Source: Vicinamibacteria bacterium
GTDB taxonomy: Bacteria > Acidobacteriota > Vicinamibacteria > Vicinamibacterales > JAENWD01
Assembly (NCBI GenBank): GCA_963837165.1
Contig: CAWIMD010000002.1
Span: 1,543,029-1,607,028, forward strand
DNA: 64,000 bases
Direction of reading: 5' to 3'
A program made the position numbers and the translations under genes. Shown here piece by piece: positions 50,021-60,177 of the stretch; position 1 is the first letter of the stretch; every line of letters begins with the position of its first letter. The notes beneath the pieces were generated by a model, which saw only the letters and a list, made by a program, of their open reading frames with translations, had not been told where the DNA came from and did not search any database.

Positions 50021-50761
50021 TTCGGCCAGGTGCAGCACGCGCATGGCGCTGCCCTTCCGGTGCAGTCCGCCGCCGATGTGCAGCAGGCAGCTGATGTCGG
50101 TGGCGACGAGCGTGTCGGCGCCGCTGCGCTCGAGGCAGGCGATCTTCCGATCGAGCAGGCTCCCCGAGATGTCGCTCATCTTCACGGCGAACAGGCCGCC
50201 GAAGCCGCAGCAGGTGCGGGCCTCCTCCAGCGGGCATCGCTCGACGCCTCTGACGTGCTCGAGGAGCGCCTCGGGCTGGCGCTCCAGCCCCAGCCCGCGC
50301 AGGCCGTGGCAGGCGGGGTGATACGCGACGCGGCCCGTGGCATGTGCGCCGAGGTCGGCGACGCCGAGGACGTCCACCAGGAACTCGGTCAGCTCCCAGG
50401 TACGGTCCGCCAGCGCGCGGGCACGGGGCCCGTACACCGGATCGGCGGCGAGCAGCGCCGGGGCCTGGTGGATCACCATGTCGCCGCACGACCCCGATGG
50501 CACCACGACGGGCAGGCCGGTCCCGCCGAACGCGTCGATGAGGTGCCGCGCGATCCCGCGCGCGTCCTCCCACGAGCCGGCATTGAACGCCGGCTGGCCG
50601 CAGCAGGTCTGCGCCGGCGGGACGTCCACGGCGACGCCCGCTCTCTCGAGCACCTTGACCACGGCAAACCCGACCTCCGGCCGGAGGCTGTCGACGAGGC
50701 AGGTGACGAGGAGCTGCACGCGCGTCGGGCGCGGCTCGGGCAGGGGACGGCGATCGCTCAC
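50000..50761 (-). CDS. lutA: Lactate utilization protein A ((Fe-S)-binding, CCG domains)
   Basis: GTG start. It contains VQLLVTCLVDSLRPEVGFAVVKVLERAGVAVDVPPAQTCCGQPAFNAG and a second CCG motif, RTCCGFGG. Confidence 0.85.
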   Translation of the reverse strand: MSDRRPLPEPRPTRVQLLVTCLVDSLRPEVGFAVVKVLERAGVAVDVPPAQTCCGQPAFNAGSWEDARGIARHLIDAFGGTGLPVVVPSGSCGDMVIHQAPALLAADPVYGPRARALADRTWELTEFLVDVLGVADLGAHATGRVAYHPACHGLRGLGLERQPEALLEHVRGVERCPLEEARTCCGFGGLFAVKMSDISGSLLDRKIACLERSGADTLVATDISCLLHIGGGLHRKGSAMRVLHLAELLTIDD

Positions 50762-51852
50762 GAGCGTCCTTTCGACCTGGGGTGCTTGCGGGAGCTCCGC
50801 TGAACGGATTGTACCTGTTTCTTGTCGACCTGCTCGGCCAGCTCGTCCTGCCGGCGCGACAGCGCGTCCACCTCCCGCCGCAGCTTGATGAAGTTCTCGA
50901 GGCGCTCGGGCGCCAGCTCTCCGCGAGCCACGGCCGCCTTCACCGCGCAGCGGGGCTCGGACTCGTGACCGCAGTTGCCGAAGAAGCAGCCGGCGGCCAG
51001 CGTGGTGATGTCGTCGAACGCCTCGTCCATGCCGGTCTCGGCCGACCAGAGCTGCAGCTCCCGCATACCGGGCGTGTCGATGAGCAGGGCGCCACCGGGC
51101 AGCGTGACCAGCTCGCGGTGGGTCGTGGTGTGGCGGCCGCGCGCGTCGGACTCGCGCACGGCCTGCGTGGCCAGCCGATCGTGCCCGAGCAGCCTGTTGA
51201 TCAGCGTGGACTTGCCGACGCCGGACGAGCCGAGCACGGCAACCGTCCGCCCCGGCTGCAGGTACGGGGCGAGCGCGTCGAGACCTTCCGACGTCCGCGC
51301 CACCGTCACGTGGACGGGGATGCCGCGCGCGATCGCTTGCATCTCCCGGCGGCGGTCGTCCACCTCGGTGCTGAGATCGGCCTTGTTGAGCACGATGACC
51401 GGGGCGGCACCGCTCTCGAGCGTCATGGCGAGATACCGCTCGAGGCGGCGCGGGTTGAAGTCGCCGTCGAAGGCGGTCATGAGAAACGCGGTGTCGACGT
51501 TGGCCGCCAGGATCTGCTCGGCGGTCACGTTGCCGGCAACCTTCCGCGAGAACAGGCTCTTTCGCGGCAGCACCGCGTGGATGCCGGCGCGGCCGCCTTC
51601 GATGGTCGTGGGCTTCACCGCGACCCAGTCGCCGACGGCGGGCAGGTCGCGCCTGGTCCGCGCCTCGTGGCGCAGGCGGCCCGAGGTGTCGGCGAGCAGC
51701 TCGCCTGCCGCGCCCTGCACGCGGTAGGTCGCGCCGTAGGCGACGATCACGCGGGCCGGCACGAGGCCGCTCGCGGCGTACGGCGCGAAGGCCTCGTCGA
51801 GGTCGTCGTGCCAGCCGAGCGCGGCCAGCGGGGTCACGGGCGTCCCGGGCAC
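50758..51852 (-). CDS. rsgA: Ribosome small-subunit-dependent GTPase A
   Basis: It shows the circularly permuted GTPase order: VLNKADL, then GSSGVGKSTLINRL, then the C-terminal Zn-finger CxFxNCxHxxEPxC (CFFGNCGHESEPRC). Confidence 0.9.
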   Translation of the reverse strand: MPGTPVTPLAALGWHDDLDEAFAPYAASGLVPARVIVAYGATYRVQGAAGELLADTSGRLRHEARTRRDLPAVGDWVAVKPTTIEGGRAGIHAVLPRKSLFSRKVAGNVTAEQILAANVDTAFLMTAFDGDFNPRRLERYLAMTLESGAAPVIVLNKADLSTEVDDRRREMQAIARGIPVHVTVARTSEGLDALAPYLQPGRTVAVLGSSGVGKSTLINRLLGHDRLATQAVRESDARGRHTTTHRELVTLPGGALLIDTPGMRELQLWSAETGMDEAFDDITTLAAGCFFGNCGHESEPRCAVKAAVARGELAPERLENFIKLRREVDALSRRQDELAEQVDKKQVQSVQRSSRKHPRSKGRS

Positions 51853-52293
51853 CTACGGCTGGCCGAGATCGAGCACGTTGAGCGGGACATCCCAGTGCGC
51901 GACGAGAATCTCGAATCGCCGCTGCTCTTCGTGGCGGAACTTCTCCTGGTCGGGATAGAGGCGCCGGATGATGGCGGCTTCATCCACCGCCGGCGGGTTG
52001 GCCGCCTCGACCAGCTCCACGGCGAACGTCCAGTCGGCGCGCCCGTCACCGTGGTAGGTGGGGACGTAGGTCCGGAGGCGCGTGAAGCGCCCGGCATCGA
52101 GCTCGGCCTTCAGGATCGGGTAGTGGTTGCGCCGGAACAGGTCCAGGAACTCTTCCTGGTATCCCCACTTCACGGTGTAGAAGTACCAGGTCGTCTTCTC
52201 CGCCTCGACCGAATGCGCGGGCGCCTGCGCGCGCAGACCGCTCGACAAGGCGAGCACGACCGCCACCGCTCCGACGATCAGCCTGCGTGCCAC
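51853..52293 (-). CDS. Hypothetical secreted protein (146 aa)
   Basis: GTG start with GGAGG 5 nt upstream. It has a signal peptide (MARRLIVGAVAVVLALSSGLRAQA). No family recognised. Confidence 0.55.
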   Translation of the reverse strand: MARRLIVGAVAVVLALSSGLRAQAPAHSVEAEKTTWYFYTVKWGYQEEFLDLFRRNHYPILKAELDAGRFTRLRTYVPTYHGDGRADWTFAVELVEAANPPAVDEAAIIRRLYPDQEKFRHEEQRRFEILVAHWDVPLNVLDLGQP

Positions 52294-52354
52294 GATACCT
52301 CCTCAACAGCGCCGGTGCGCCGGGACGAGCGGCGGCGCGAGGCGCGGCGACACG

Positions 52355-52360
52355 ATTATA
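52355..52360 (-). promoter_or_regulatory. -10 consensus TATAAT about 60 nt upstream of GTG 52293 (head of the hypothetical-rsgA-lutABC gene string)
   Basis: The minus strand reads GACTATAATCGTG. The downstream gene has its own GGAGG SD. Confidence 0.35.
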
Positions 52361-52400
52361 GTCGCCCCTCTGTCCAGGGCGGCCGGAGCGCCGTGCCGCG

Positions 52401-55076
52401 TCAGCGCTCGAACAACACGATATCGGAGGTGCGCTCGACGAGGCCGACGAGGACGTGCGCACCGTCCGGCGTCCACGTGATGCCCCGCAGCCGCGCGTCC
52501 TTCGACAGCTCGATGAGGCGCCGTGGGGTGCCGTTCAGAGGGAGGACCCAGACCGAGGCTCGCATTCCACCCGGCACGGCCACAGCGGCCAGAGATCGGC
52601 CGTCCGGGGACCACGCGATCGAGCCGTTGTTCAGTGAAGGTCCTTCGGCCATGGGCGGGCGCGGCACCGTGCCCGTCGCCGTCACGAAGGCTACCTGGTT
52701 GCGGGTCGGGCCAGACCCGCCGGCCCGGCGCGGCTCGAGGTACGCGATTTCGTTGGACAGGCTCGACCACGTCGGGGCGGTGGCCCCTCCGGGTGTGGGA
52801 ATGCGCCGAGGCGCCCCGCCGTTGGACGGCACCAGGAACAAGGCCGGAAGCTCGCCGGCCGGCGCCGAATACGCGAGCCACTTGCCGTCCGGGGACCACG
52901 TGATCGTGTCGAGTACCTGGGTCGTGACCACGCGGCGAGGGGTCCCGCCGTCGGCGTCGCTGACCCAGATGCCGCGTTCGCCTCCTCGGCTCGACACGAA
53001 CGCGATCCTCGCGGCATCCGGCGACCATGCGGGCCGTTCGTCGATGGCCGCGCCAGCCGTGACGAGGCGTGCGTCGGTGCCATTCGCCTGTGCCGTCCAG
53101 ACATTGCGGTCGCCGCCCCGGGTGGAGCTGAAGGCGATGCGGTCGCCACGCGGTGACAGAACCGCATCGAGGTCGCCGGTCGCGTTTGGTGTCAGCGACG
53201 CCGGCGACGAGCTCTGGTCGCCGACGGGCAGCGTGGCGAGCGACTCGCGCACCTGGTACACGACGGCCACCATCGATCGGCCGTCTCGTGACAGGCGGGC
53301 CTCGGCATACTGGCCAACGCCGGTCGTCACGCGGACGGGGTCCCCGTCGAATGGCTTCCACCAGAGCGACAGCTCCACGCCGACCGGGTTCGAGCTGTAG
53401 AGCAGTCCACGACCGTCCGGGGACGGGCACGGGAAGATGGCGCGCCGGCTGGTGGCGATGACGGGCTCCGGCGGGCCGCCGGTCACGGGTACGCGGAAGA
53501 TCTCGGTGGGTTCGAGATTGCTCGTGTTGATCCCATAGTTGAAGTAGACGAATCGGCCGTCGGCCGACCACGCGGGCCAGTGGACATGCACACCGCCCGA
53601 GAGCGACACCACCTCCCGCGGGTGCTCGCCGGTGGCGTCGGCCACCCAGAGGCTGTCGCCAAACGACCCACCGGGCTTCACGTAGAGCATGTGCTTGCCG
53701 TCGGGCGACCAACGCACGGCAAGGCCCTGATCCAGCAGCTTGCGCGCGGTGCCTCCGAGCGGCGCAGGAATCACGTAGGACGATTGCTGGCTGGCAATGG
53801 CTCCCTTCGGGCCGCCATCGAACACGATCTCGGTGCCATCCGGCGAGACATCGAGTCCGCCGATTTCATGATGGGTCGCCACAAACAGATCGTGCTCGCC
53901 CGCGGTGAGGTTCACGGTCTGTGCGCCGCTCAGGAATCTCACGTAGACATCGGCGCGATCGCCGACCTCGCCGATATAGGCCATCCACTTCCCGTCCGGC
54001 GACAGGATGGGCGCGGCGTCGCTGGCGTCGGAGGCCACCAGCCTCGTGACCCGGGAAAACGTCGGCCCTGTCGCGGCGCCCGGCGGCGGCCCGACGGTCA
54101 TCCACGCCGCCACACCGGCCAGCGCGCCGACAGGGAGCCACCAGATGCCCCGCAACCCGGCTCGCAGGCGACGCTGCCAGGACTGGCCGCTCATCGCCCC
54201 GACGACCGGCGCCGCGGGGCCGGTCGTGCCGCCCGCCGATTCCAGCGCGAACGCGAGATCCCGCGCGGTCTGGAAGCGCGCCTCCGGTGCCTTCTCCAGA
54301 CAATGGAGCACGATGCGATCGAGCGCGGGAGCGACCGCCGGGCTCACGGCGCTCAGGGGCGCCGCGTCCTCGCGCAGGATCGCCGTCATGATCTCGACCC
54401 GCGCCTCGCCCGCGAACGGACGTCGGCCGGCCAGCATCTCGTACAGCACCACGCCGAAGGCGAACAGGTCGGACCGCGCGTCCACGGAGCGGCCGGCCAC
54501 CTGCTCGGGCGACATGTAGCTGACCGTCCCCATGATCAGGCCCGGCTCGGTGCTCTGCACGGTGGCGGCGGCGTCCAGGGCCGCGTCGGGCTGGCTCAGC
54601 TTGGCGATACCGAAATCCAGGATCTTCACGCGCCCATCGCTCGTGAGGAAGACGTTGTCGGGTTTGAGGTCGCGATGGATGACGCCTTTCTCGTGAGCCG
54701 CGGCGAGACCTCGGGCAACCTGCACCGCGATCTCCACGGCGCGCCGTGGCGAAAGCGGCGCCTGATCGAGGCGCGCGCGGAGCGAGGCGCCGTCGAGCAG
54801 CTCGCACACGAGAAACGGGACGCCGTCCTCGCTGCCAACGTCGAAGACGGTGACGATGTTCGGGTGGTTCAGCAGGCCGGTGGTGCGCGTTTCCTGCTCG
54901 AAGCGGCGCTGCCGGTCGGGATCCGTGGAGAGCCGGGCTGGAAGGATCTTGAGCGCCACCTCGCGGCCGATGCGCGGATCGCGCGCCCGGTACACCTCGC
55001 CCATGCCCCCGGCACCGATCAGGCCTAGAACCTCGTACGGGCCGAACCGTGATCCGGGCGCAATCGGCGTGGACAT
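52401..55076 (-). CDS. Ser/Thr protein kinase with C-terminal TolB-like beta-propeller region
   Basis: 891 aa. Motifs are GAGGMGEVYRARD, VALKIL, HRDLKPDNVF, DFGIAK and SPEQ. A TM segment and SPDG/WSPDG repeats follow. Confidence 0.85.
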   Translation of the reverse strand: MSTPIAPGSRFGPYEVLGLIGAGGMGEVYRARDPRIGREVALKILPARLSTDPDRQRRFEQETRTTGLLNHPNIVTVFDVGSEDGVPFLVCELLDGASLRARLDQAPLSPRRAVEIAVQVARGLAAAHEKGVIHRDLKPDNVFLTSDGRVKILDFGIAKLSQPDAALDAAATVQSTEPGLIMGTVSYMSPEQVAGRSVDARSDLFAFGVVLYEMLAGRRPFAGEARVEIMTAILREDAAPLSAVSPAVAPALDRIVLHCLEKAPEARFQTARDLAFALESAGGTTGPAAPVVGAMSGQSWQRRLRAGLRGIWWLPVGALAGVAAWMTVGPPPGAATGPTFSRVTRLVASDASDAAPILSPDGKWMAYIGEVGDRADVYVRFLSGAQTVNLTAGEHDLFVATHHEIGGLDVSPDGTEIVFDGGPKGAIASQQSSYVIPAPLGGTARKLLDQGLAVRWSPDGKHMLYVKPGGSFGDSLWVADATGEHPREVVSLSGGVHVHWPAWSADGRFVYFNYGINTSNLEPTEIFRVPVTGGPPEPVIATSRRAIFPCPSPDGRGLLYSSNPVGVELSLWWKPFDGDPVRVTTGVGQYAEARLSRDGRSMVAVVYQVRESLATLPVGDQSSSPASLTPNATGDLDAVLSPRGDRIAFSSTRGGDRNVWTAQANGTDARLVTAGAAIDERPAWSPDAARIAFVSSRGGERGIWVSDADGGTPRRVVTTQVLDTITWSPDGKWLAYSAPAGELPALFLVPSNGGAPRRIPTPGGATAPTWSSLSNEIAYLEPRRAGGSGPTRNQVAFVTATGTVPRPPMAEGPSLNNGSIAWSPDGRSLAAVAVPGGMRASVWVLPLNGTPRRLIELSKDARLRGITWTPDGAHVLVGLVERTSDIVLFER

Positions 55077-55090
55077 GGACGGACGCGGGG

Positions 55091-55096
55091 ATTATA
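55091..55096 (-). promoter_or_regulatory. -10 consensus TATAAT 14 nt upstream of the kinase ATG 55076
   Basis: The minus strand reads CCTTATAATCCCCGCGTCCGTCCATG. Confidence 0.4.
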
Positions 55097-55287
55097 AGGC
55101 GGGCCCTCCCCGCCCCGGGGGCCCAGGTCCTGCCGGGCGAATCCAGTCATTAATTCACCTTATGAAATTTGCGCAATCAAAACCTGACGTTGTAGTCTGT
55201 TCAGACCCGGGGTGCGGTCGGGCGTGTCCATGGCGGGCGCGGCCGCGACGTGCGGCGGACCCGGCCCGGGGAGTCCAAGGAGCCGAC

Positions 55288-56127
55288 GTGCGCATCGCGT
55301 TCCAGGGTGAACCAGGCGCCTACAGCGAAGCGGCCGCTCTCCGGTTCGGGGGGCACGCGGACCTGGTGCCGTGCGCCTCGTTCGAGGAGGTGTTCGCGGC
55401 CACCGCCGCCGGACGCGCCACGCACGGCATCCTGCCGGTGGAGAACTCGGTCGGCGGCAGCATCCATCGCAACTTCGACCTGCTGCTCGAGCACGACCTG
55501 CCGATCGTCGGCGAGGTGGAGCTGCCCATCACGCACAACCTGCTGGCGCTGCCCGGCGTGGCGCTCGGCGACCTCCGGCGCGTCTACTCGCACCCGCAGG
55601 CGCTGGCGCAGTGCGAGCGGTTCCTCCGGGCGCTTCCCGGCGTGGCGGTCGAGGCCACCTACGACACCGCCGGCAGCGCGAAGCTCGTGAAGGAGCGCCA
55701 GCTGACCGACGCGGGCGCGATTGCCTCGGAGCGGGCGGCCGAGGTGTACGGCCTGACCATCCTGCAGCCGGAGATCCAGGACTACTCCGACAACATCACG
55801 CGGTTCCTCGTGGTGAGCCGCACAGCCGAGCCGGACGAGCGCGCCGACAAGACCACGGTGGTCTTCTCGCTGCCGAACGAGCCGGGGGCGCTCTTCAAGG
55901 CGCTGTCGGTGTTCGCGCTGCGGGAGATCGACCTCACGAAGATCGAGTCGCGGCCGCTGCGCGGCCGGCCGTGGGAGTACCTGTTCTACGTCGATCTGCC
56001 CGTGGGCCGCAGCGACCTGCGCTGCGCCCGGGCGCTGGTCCACCTGGCCGAGTTCGCGCGCTCGATGCGCACGCTCGGCTCGTATCCCAGCTGGAAGAGC
56101 CGCGAAGCGGCCGCCCAGCACGTCTGA
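55288..56127 (+). CDS. pheA: Prephenate dehydratase (PDT plus ACT domain)
   Basis: GTG 55288 has AAGGAG 6 nt upstream. It contains VRIAFQGEPGAYSEAAA...ILPVENSVGGSI...TRFLVV...ESRP (ACT domain). Confidence 0.85.
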   Translation: MRIAFQGEPGAYSEAAALRFGGHADLVPCASFEEVFAATAAGRATHGILPVENSVGGSIHRNFDLLLEHDLPIVGEVELPITHNLLALPGVALGDLRRVYSHPQALAQCERFLRALPGVAVEATYDTAGSAKLVKERQLTDAGAIASERAAEVYGLTILQPEIQDYSDNITRFLVVSRTAEPDERADKTTVVFSLPNEPGALFKALSVFALREIDLTKIESRPLRGRPWEYLFYVDLPVGRSDLRCARALVHLAEFARSMRTLGSYPSWKSREAAAQHV

Positions 56128-56131
56128 CGCC

Positions 56132-57811
56132 ATGACCTTCGTGCCGCTCCACCGCAGCCGCAGCGCCGCGATCACCGAGGGGCCGCACCGCGCGCCCGCC
56201 CGCGCGATGCTGAAGGCCGCCGGCTTCGATGACGAGGCCCTCCGGCGTCCGCTCGTCGGCATCGCCAACACCTGGATCGAGATCGGCCCGTGCAACTACC
56301 ACCTGCGCGAGCTGGCCGCGCACGTCAAGCAGGGCGTGCGCGAGGCCGGCGGCACGCCGATGGAGTTCAACACGGTCTCCATCTCCGACGGCATCACGAT
56401 GGGCAGTCCCGGCATGCGGGCCTCGCTCATCAGCCGCGAGGTCATCGCCGATTCCATCGAGCTCGTCTCGCGCGGCAACTGCTTCGACGCCGTCGTGGCG
56501 CTCTGCGGCTGCGACAAGACGATCCCCGGCACGACGATGGCGGTGGCGCGGCTGGGGGTGCCGGGCCTGGTCCTCTACGGCGGGTCGATTGCCCCGGGCC
56601 GGTTCCACGGTCACGACGTCAGCATCCAGGACGTCTTCGAGGCGGTGGGAGCCCACGCCGCGGGCAAGATGAGCGACGCGGACCTCAAGGACCTGGAAGA
56701 CCACGCGTGCCCGGGCTCGGGGGCCTGCGGCGGGCAGTTCACCGCCAACACGATGGCCACGGCCATCGAGTTCCTGGGCATCGCGCCCATGGGCAGCGGC
56801 TCGGTCCCGGCCACCGACGCGGGCAAGGGCGAGGTGGGCCGCCAGGCGGGACGCCTCGTCATGGAGCTGCTGCGCCGCGACCTGACCCCAGGCCAGATTC
56901 TCACGCGGCAGGCGATCGAGAACGCCATCGCGGCCGTCGTGGCCACCGGCGGCTCGACCAACGCCGTGCTGCACCTGCTCGCGATTGCGCGGGAATCCGG
57001 GCTGCCGCTCGAGATCGACGACTTCGATCGCATCAGCCGGAAAGTGCCCCTGCTGGCCGACCTCAAGCCGGCCGGGCGCTTCATGGCCACCGACCTGCAT
57101 CGTGCGGGCGGCATCCGCCTGGTGGCCCGCCGCCTGCTCGACGCCGGTCTGCTCCACGGCGACCAGCTCACGGTGACGGGCCGCACGATCGCGGACGAGG
57201 CGCGCGAGGCGGTCGAGACCGAGGGCCAGGAAGTCGTGCGGCCGCTGGATCGGCCGATAAAGCCCACCGGGGGCCTGGCGATCCTGAAGGGCAACCTGGC
57301 GCCCGCGGGCGCCGTGATCAAGGTGGCCGGCTCGAACCTGCAGCACCACCGCGGGCCCGCACGCGTCTTCGAGGGCGAGCAGCCGGCGCTCGACGCCGTG
57401 CTGCACAACCAGATCAGGCCGGGCGACGTCGTGGTCATCCGCGGTGAGGGGCCCAGGGGCGGGCCGGGCATGCCCGAGATGCTGGCCGTGACCGCCGCCA
57501 TCGTCGGGGCCGGGCTGGGCGAGTCGGTGGTGCTGCTGACCGACGGCCGGTTCTCGGGCGCCACCCGCGGGCTGATGGCCGGGCATGTCGCCCCGGAGGC
57601 CGCCTCCGGCGGGCCGATTGCCGCCGTGCACGAAGGCGACATCATCGTCTTCGACGTGCCGGAGCGCCGGCTCGACGTCGAGCTGTCGCCCGAGGAGATC
57701 GCGCACCGGCTCGCGGCGTACGTGCCGCCGGCGCCGCGCTACACGTCGGGCGTGATGGCGAAATACGCGCGGCTGGTCGCGTCGGCGGCGGAAGGCGCCG
57801 TCACGGGCTGA
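56132..57811 (+). CDS. ilvD: Dihydroxy-acid dehydratase
   Basis: 559 aa. It contains CDKTIPG and TDGRFSGATRG. Confidence 0.9.
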   Translation: MTFVPLHRSRSAAITEGPHRAPARAMLKAAGFDDEALRRPLVGIANTWIEIGPCNYHLRELAAHVKQGVREAGGTPMEFNTVSISDGITMGSPGMRASLISREVIADSIELVSRGNCFDAVVALCGCDKTIPGTTMAVARLGVPGLVLYGGSIAPGRFHGHDVSIQDVFEAVGAHAAGKMSDADLKDLEDHACPGSGACGGQFTANTMATAIEFLGIAPMGSGSVPATDAGKGEVGRQAGRLVMELLRRDLTPGQILTRQAIENAIAAVVATGGSTNAVLHLLAIARESGLPLEIDDFDRISRKVPLLADLKPAGRFMATDLHRAGGIRLVARRLLDAGLLHGDQLTVTGRTIADEAREAVETEGQEVVRPLDRPIKPTGGLAILKGNLAPAGAVIKVAGSNLQHHRGPARVFEGEQPALDAVLHNQIRPGDVVVIRGEGPRGGPGMPEMLAVTAAIVGAGLGESVVLLTDGRFSGATRGLMAGHVAPEAASGGPIAAVHEGDIIVFDVPERRLDVELSPEEIAHRLAAYVPPAPRYTSGVMAKYARLVASAAEGAVTG

Positions 57812-57862
57812 GCATTGATGATTGAGCATTGACGATTGACGATTGACGATTGGATGGATTGA
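57812..57862. repeat. Family C heptamer array in GATTGAC orientation, about 7 units
   Basis: It starts immediately after the ilvD TGA (57809-57811) and ends at the GAGGG SD of ilvB. Confidence 0.95.
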
Positions 57863-57869
57863 GGGTGCG

Positions 57870-59576
57870 ATGAAGAAGACCGGAGCGCAGATCATCTGGG
57901 AGTCGCTGCTGCGGCAGGGCGTCAGCACGGTGTTCGGGTACCCGGGCGGGGCGATCCTGCCGGCGTACGACGCGATGACGCAGTACCCGATCCGGCACGT
58001 GCTGGTGCGCCATGAGCAGGGCGCGACGCACATGGCCGACGGCTTCGCGCGCGCCACGGGCCAGGTCGGCGTCGCCATCGCCACCTCGGGTCCCGGCGCG
58101 ACCAACATGGTGACCGGCATCGCCACCGCCATGCTCGACTCCTCGCCCATCGTCTGCATCACGGGCCAGGTCGGCAGCAAGCTGATCGGCAGCGACGCCT
58201 TCCAGGAGACCGACATCACCGGCGTCACCCTGCCCATCACCAAGCACAACTACCTGGTCACGCGCGCCGACGATGTCGCGCCGACCATCCGGGAAGCGTT
58301 TCACGTGGCGGCGTCTGGGCGCCCCGGGCCCGTGCTGATCGACATCACGAAGGACGCGCAGCAGACCAGCTGCGAGTTCGACTGGGAGGCCGCCGACGTG
58401 AAGCCGCGCGGATACCGGCCCGACCACCGGCCGGCGCAGGCGGACTTCGCGAGGGCGGCCGCGATGATCGGCGAGGCCAGGCGCCCGGTCATCCTCGCGG
58501 GTCGCGGCATCATCCAGTCCGGCTGCACGGCCGAGGTGCTGGCGTTCGCCGAGCGCACCAACACGCCGATTGCGATGACGCTCCTCGGCCTCGGCGGCGT
58601 GCCCGCCAGCCACGGCATGAACCTCGGCATGATGGGCATGCACGGCGAGGCCTGGGTCAACACCGCCATCCAGGAGGCCGACCTGCTGCTGGCCTTCGGC
58701 ATGCGCTTCGACGATCGCGTGACCGGAAACCTGAAGACGTACGCGCCGCACGCGAAGAAGATCCACATCGAGATCGACCCGGCCGAGATCAACAAGAACG
58801 TGCGCGTGGACGTGGCGCTCGTCGGCGACCTCCGCGAGGTGCTCACCGAGCTGATGCCGCACGTGCCCGAGACCGAGCACGTGGAATGGCTCGCGCGCAT
58901 CCAGGAGCTCAGGGGGGATTCCGCCGTCCGGGACATCCAGAACCTCCCCGACAACGGACACCTCTATGCCGCGCACGTCATCAACGATCTCTGGCGCGAG
59001 ACCGACGGCAACGCCATCGTCGTAACCGACGTGGGCCAGCACCAGATGTGGGAGGCGCAGTACTACAAGCACAACACGCCGCGGTCGCTGGTCACCTCCG
59101 GCGGCCTCGGCACCATGGGCTTCGCTCTGCCCGCGGCCATCGGCGCCAAGATCGCGCGGCCAGACGCCGAGGTCTGGGTCGTCGTCGGTGACGGCGGCTT
59201 CCAGATGACGATGTGCGAGCTGGCGACGGTCGCCCAGGAGAGCATCGACATCAACGTCGCCATCGTGAACAACGGCTACCTGGGCATGGTCCGGCAGTGG
59301 CAGGAGTTCTTCTACGAGAAGCGGTACGCCGCCACGCCGCTGGTCAACCCGAACTTCACCAAGCTGGCCGAGGCGTTCGGCCTGACGGGCATCACGGTGA
59401 CGCGGCGGAACGAGGTGGTGCCCGCCGTGCGCGCCGCCCGCAACCACCGCGGCGGCGTCGTCATCGACTTCCAGGTGGAGCAGGAAGACTCGGTGTACCC
59501 GATGGTGCCGGCCGGAGCGGACCTGCACGCGATGATCCGCCGGCCGAGCCCGATCGTGGAAACGGCTGCCGATTGA
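57870..59576 (+). CDS. ilvB: Acetolactate synthase large subunit (biosynthetic, ThDP-dependent)
   Basis: I moved the start to ATG 57870 (MKKTGAQIIWESLLRQGVSTVFGYPGGAILPAYD), with GAGGG upstream. It contains GGLGTMGFALPAAIGA and GDGGFQM. Confidence 0.9.
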   Translation: MKKTGAQIIWESLLRQGVSTVFGYPGGAILPAYDAMTQYPIRHVLVRHEQGATHMADGFARATGQVGVAIATSGPGATNMVTGIATAMLDSSPIVCITGQVGSKLIGSDAFQETDITGVTLPITKHNYLVTRADDVAPTIREAFHVAASGRPGPVLIDITKDAQQTSCEFDWEAADVKPRGYRPDHRPAQADFARAAAMIGEARRPVILAGRGIIQSGCTAEVLAFAERTNTPIAMTLLGLGGVPASHGMNLGMMGMHGEAWVNTAIQEADLLLAFGMRFDDRVTGNLKTYAPHAKKIHIEIDPAEINKNVRVDVALVGDLREVLTELMPHVPETEHVEWLARIQELRGDSAVRDIQNLPDNGHLYAAHVINDLWRETDGNAIVVTDVGQHQMWEAQYYKHNTPRSLVTSGGLGTMGFALPAAIGAKIARPDAEVWVVVGDGGFQMTMCELATVAQESIDINVAIVNNGYLGMVRQWQEFFYEKRYAATPLVNPNFTKLAEAFGLTGITVTRRNEVVPAVRAARNHRGGVVIDFQVEQEDSVYPMVPAGADLHAMIRRPSPIVETAAD

Positions 59577-59611
59577 TCATTGACGATTGACGATTGACGA
59601 TTGACGATTGA
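59570..59611. repeat. Family C heptamer array, CGATTGA x6
   Basis: The first unit supplies the ilvB GAT TGA stop (59574-59576). The last unit runs into the AAGGA SD of ilvN. Confidence 0.95.
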
Positions 59612-59621
59612 AGGATCCGAG

Positions 59622-60170
59622 ATGTTGCACACACTCGTCGTGTACGTCGAAGACAAGCCGGGCGTCCTGAACCGGGTGGCGTCCCTGTTCCGCCGCCGGG
59701 CGTTCAACATCGACTCGCTGACGGTCGGCCACACGGAGACGGCGGGCGTCTCGCGCATGACGATCGTCTGCGACGTGGACCCGCTCAATGCGCGGCGCGT
59801 CGAGGCCAACATCTACAAGCTGGTGGACGTGCTGCGCGTGGACGACATCACCGAGGCGCCGGCCGTGGACCGCGAGCTGGCCATGATCAAGGTGGCCGCC
59901 TCGCAGAGCACGCGGGCGGAGATCATCCAGCTCGCCGACGTCTTCCGCGCCCGCGTCGTGGACCTCTCGCCCGACTCACTGATCGTGGAGATCACCGGAA
60001 GCGGCGACAAGATCGACCGGCTCTCGGACGTGCTGCGGCCCTACGGGATCCTGGAAATGGCGCGCACGGGACGCATGTCGATGGCGCGCGGCCCCCGCTC
60101 CGAGCGGCTCGCCGACCAGTTCGCCGGCGAGGATGCGGGCGAGCACAGCGGCGTCTCGTACTCCGTATAG
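59622..60170 (+). CDS. ilvN: Acetolactate synthase small (regulatory) subunit
   Basis: I moved the start to ATG 59622 ([36 protein letters not shown], an ACT domain). AAGGA lies 6 nt upstream. Confidence 0.9.
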   Translation: MLHTLVVYVEDKPGVLNRVASLFRRRAFNIDSLTVGHTETAGVSRMTIVCDVDPLNARRVEANIYKLVDVLRVDDITEAPAVDRELAMIKVAASQSTRAEIIQLADVFRARVVDLSPDSLIVEITGSGDKIDRLSDVLRPYGILEMARTGRMSMARGPRSERLADQFAGEDAGEHSGVSYSV

Positions 60171-60177
60171 ACCACGT

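Noticed and set aside
55077-55287. Attenuator or leader peptide upstream of pheA
   Set aside because: The region has an AT-rich stretch and some GC-rich pairing potential. I found no Phe-rich leader ORF and no clear terminator/antiterminator pair.
57812-57862. Heptamer arrays as tandem sigma70 promoters (each unit contains TTGACG)
   Set aside because: With a 7-nt period, the hexamer 16-18 nt downstream of any TTGACG is TGACGA, GACGAT or ACGATT. None has the critical T at the first -10 position. Most arrays also sit inside operons. I keep this only as a remote possibility.
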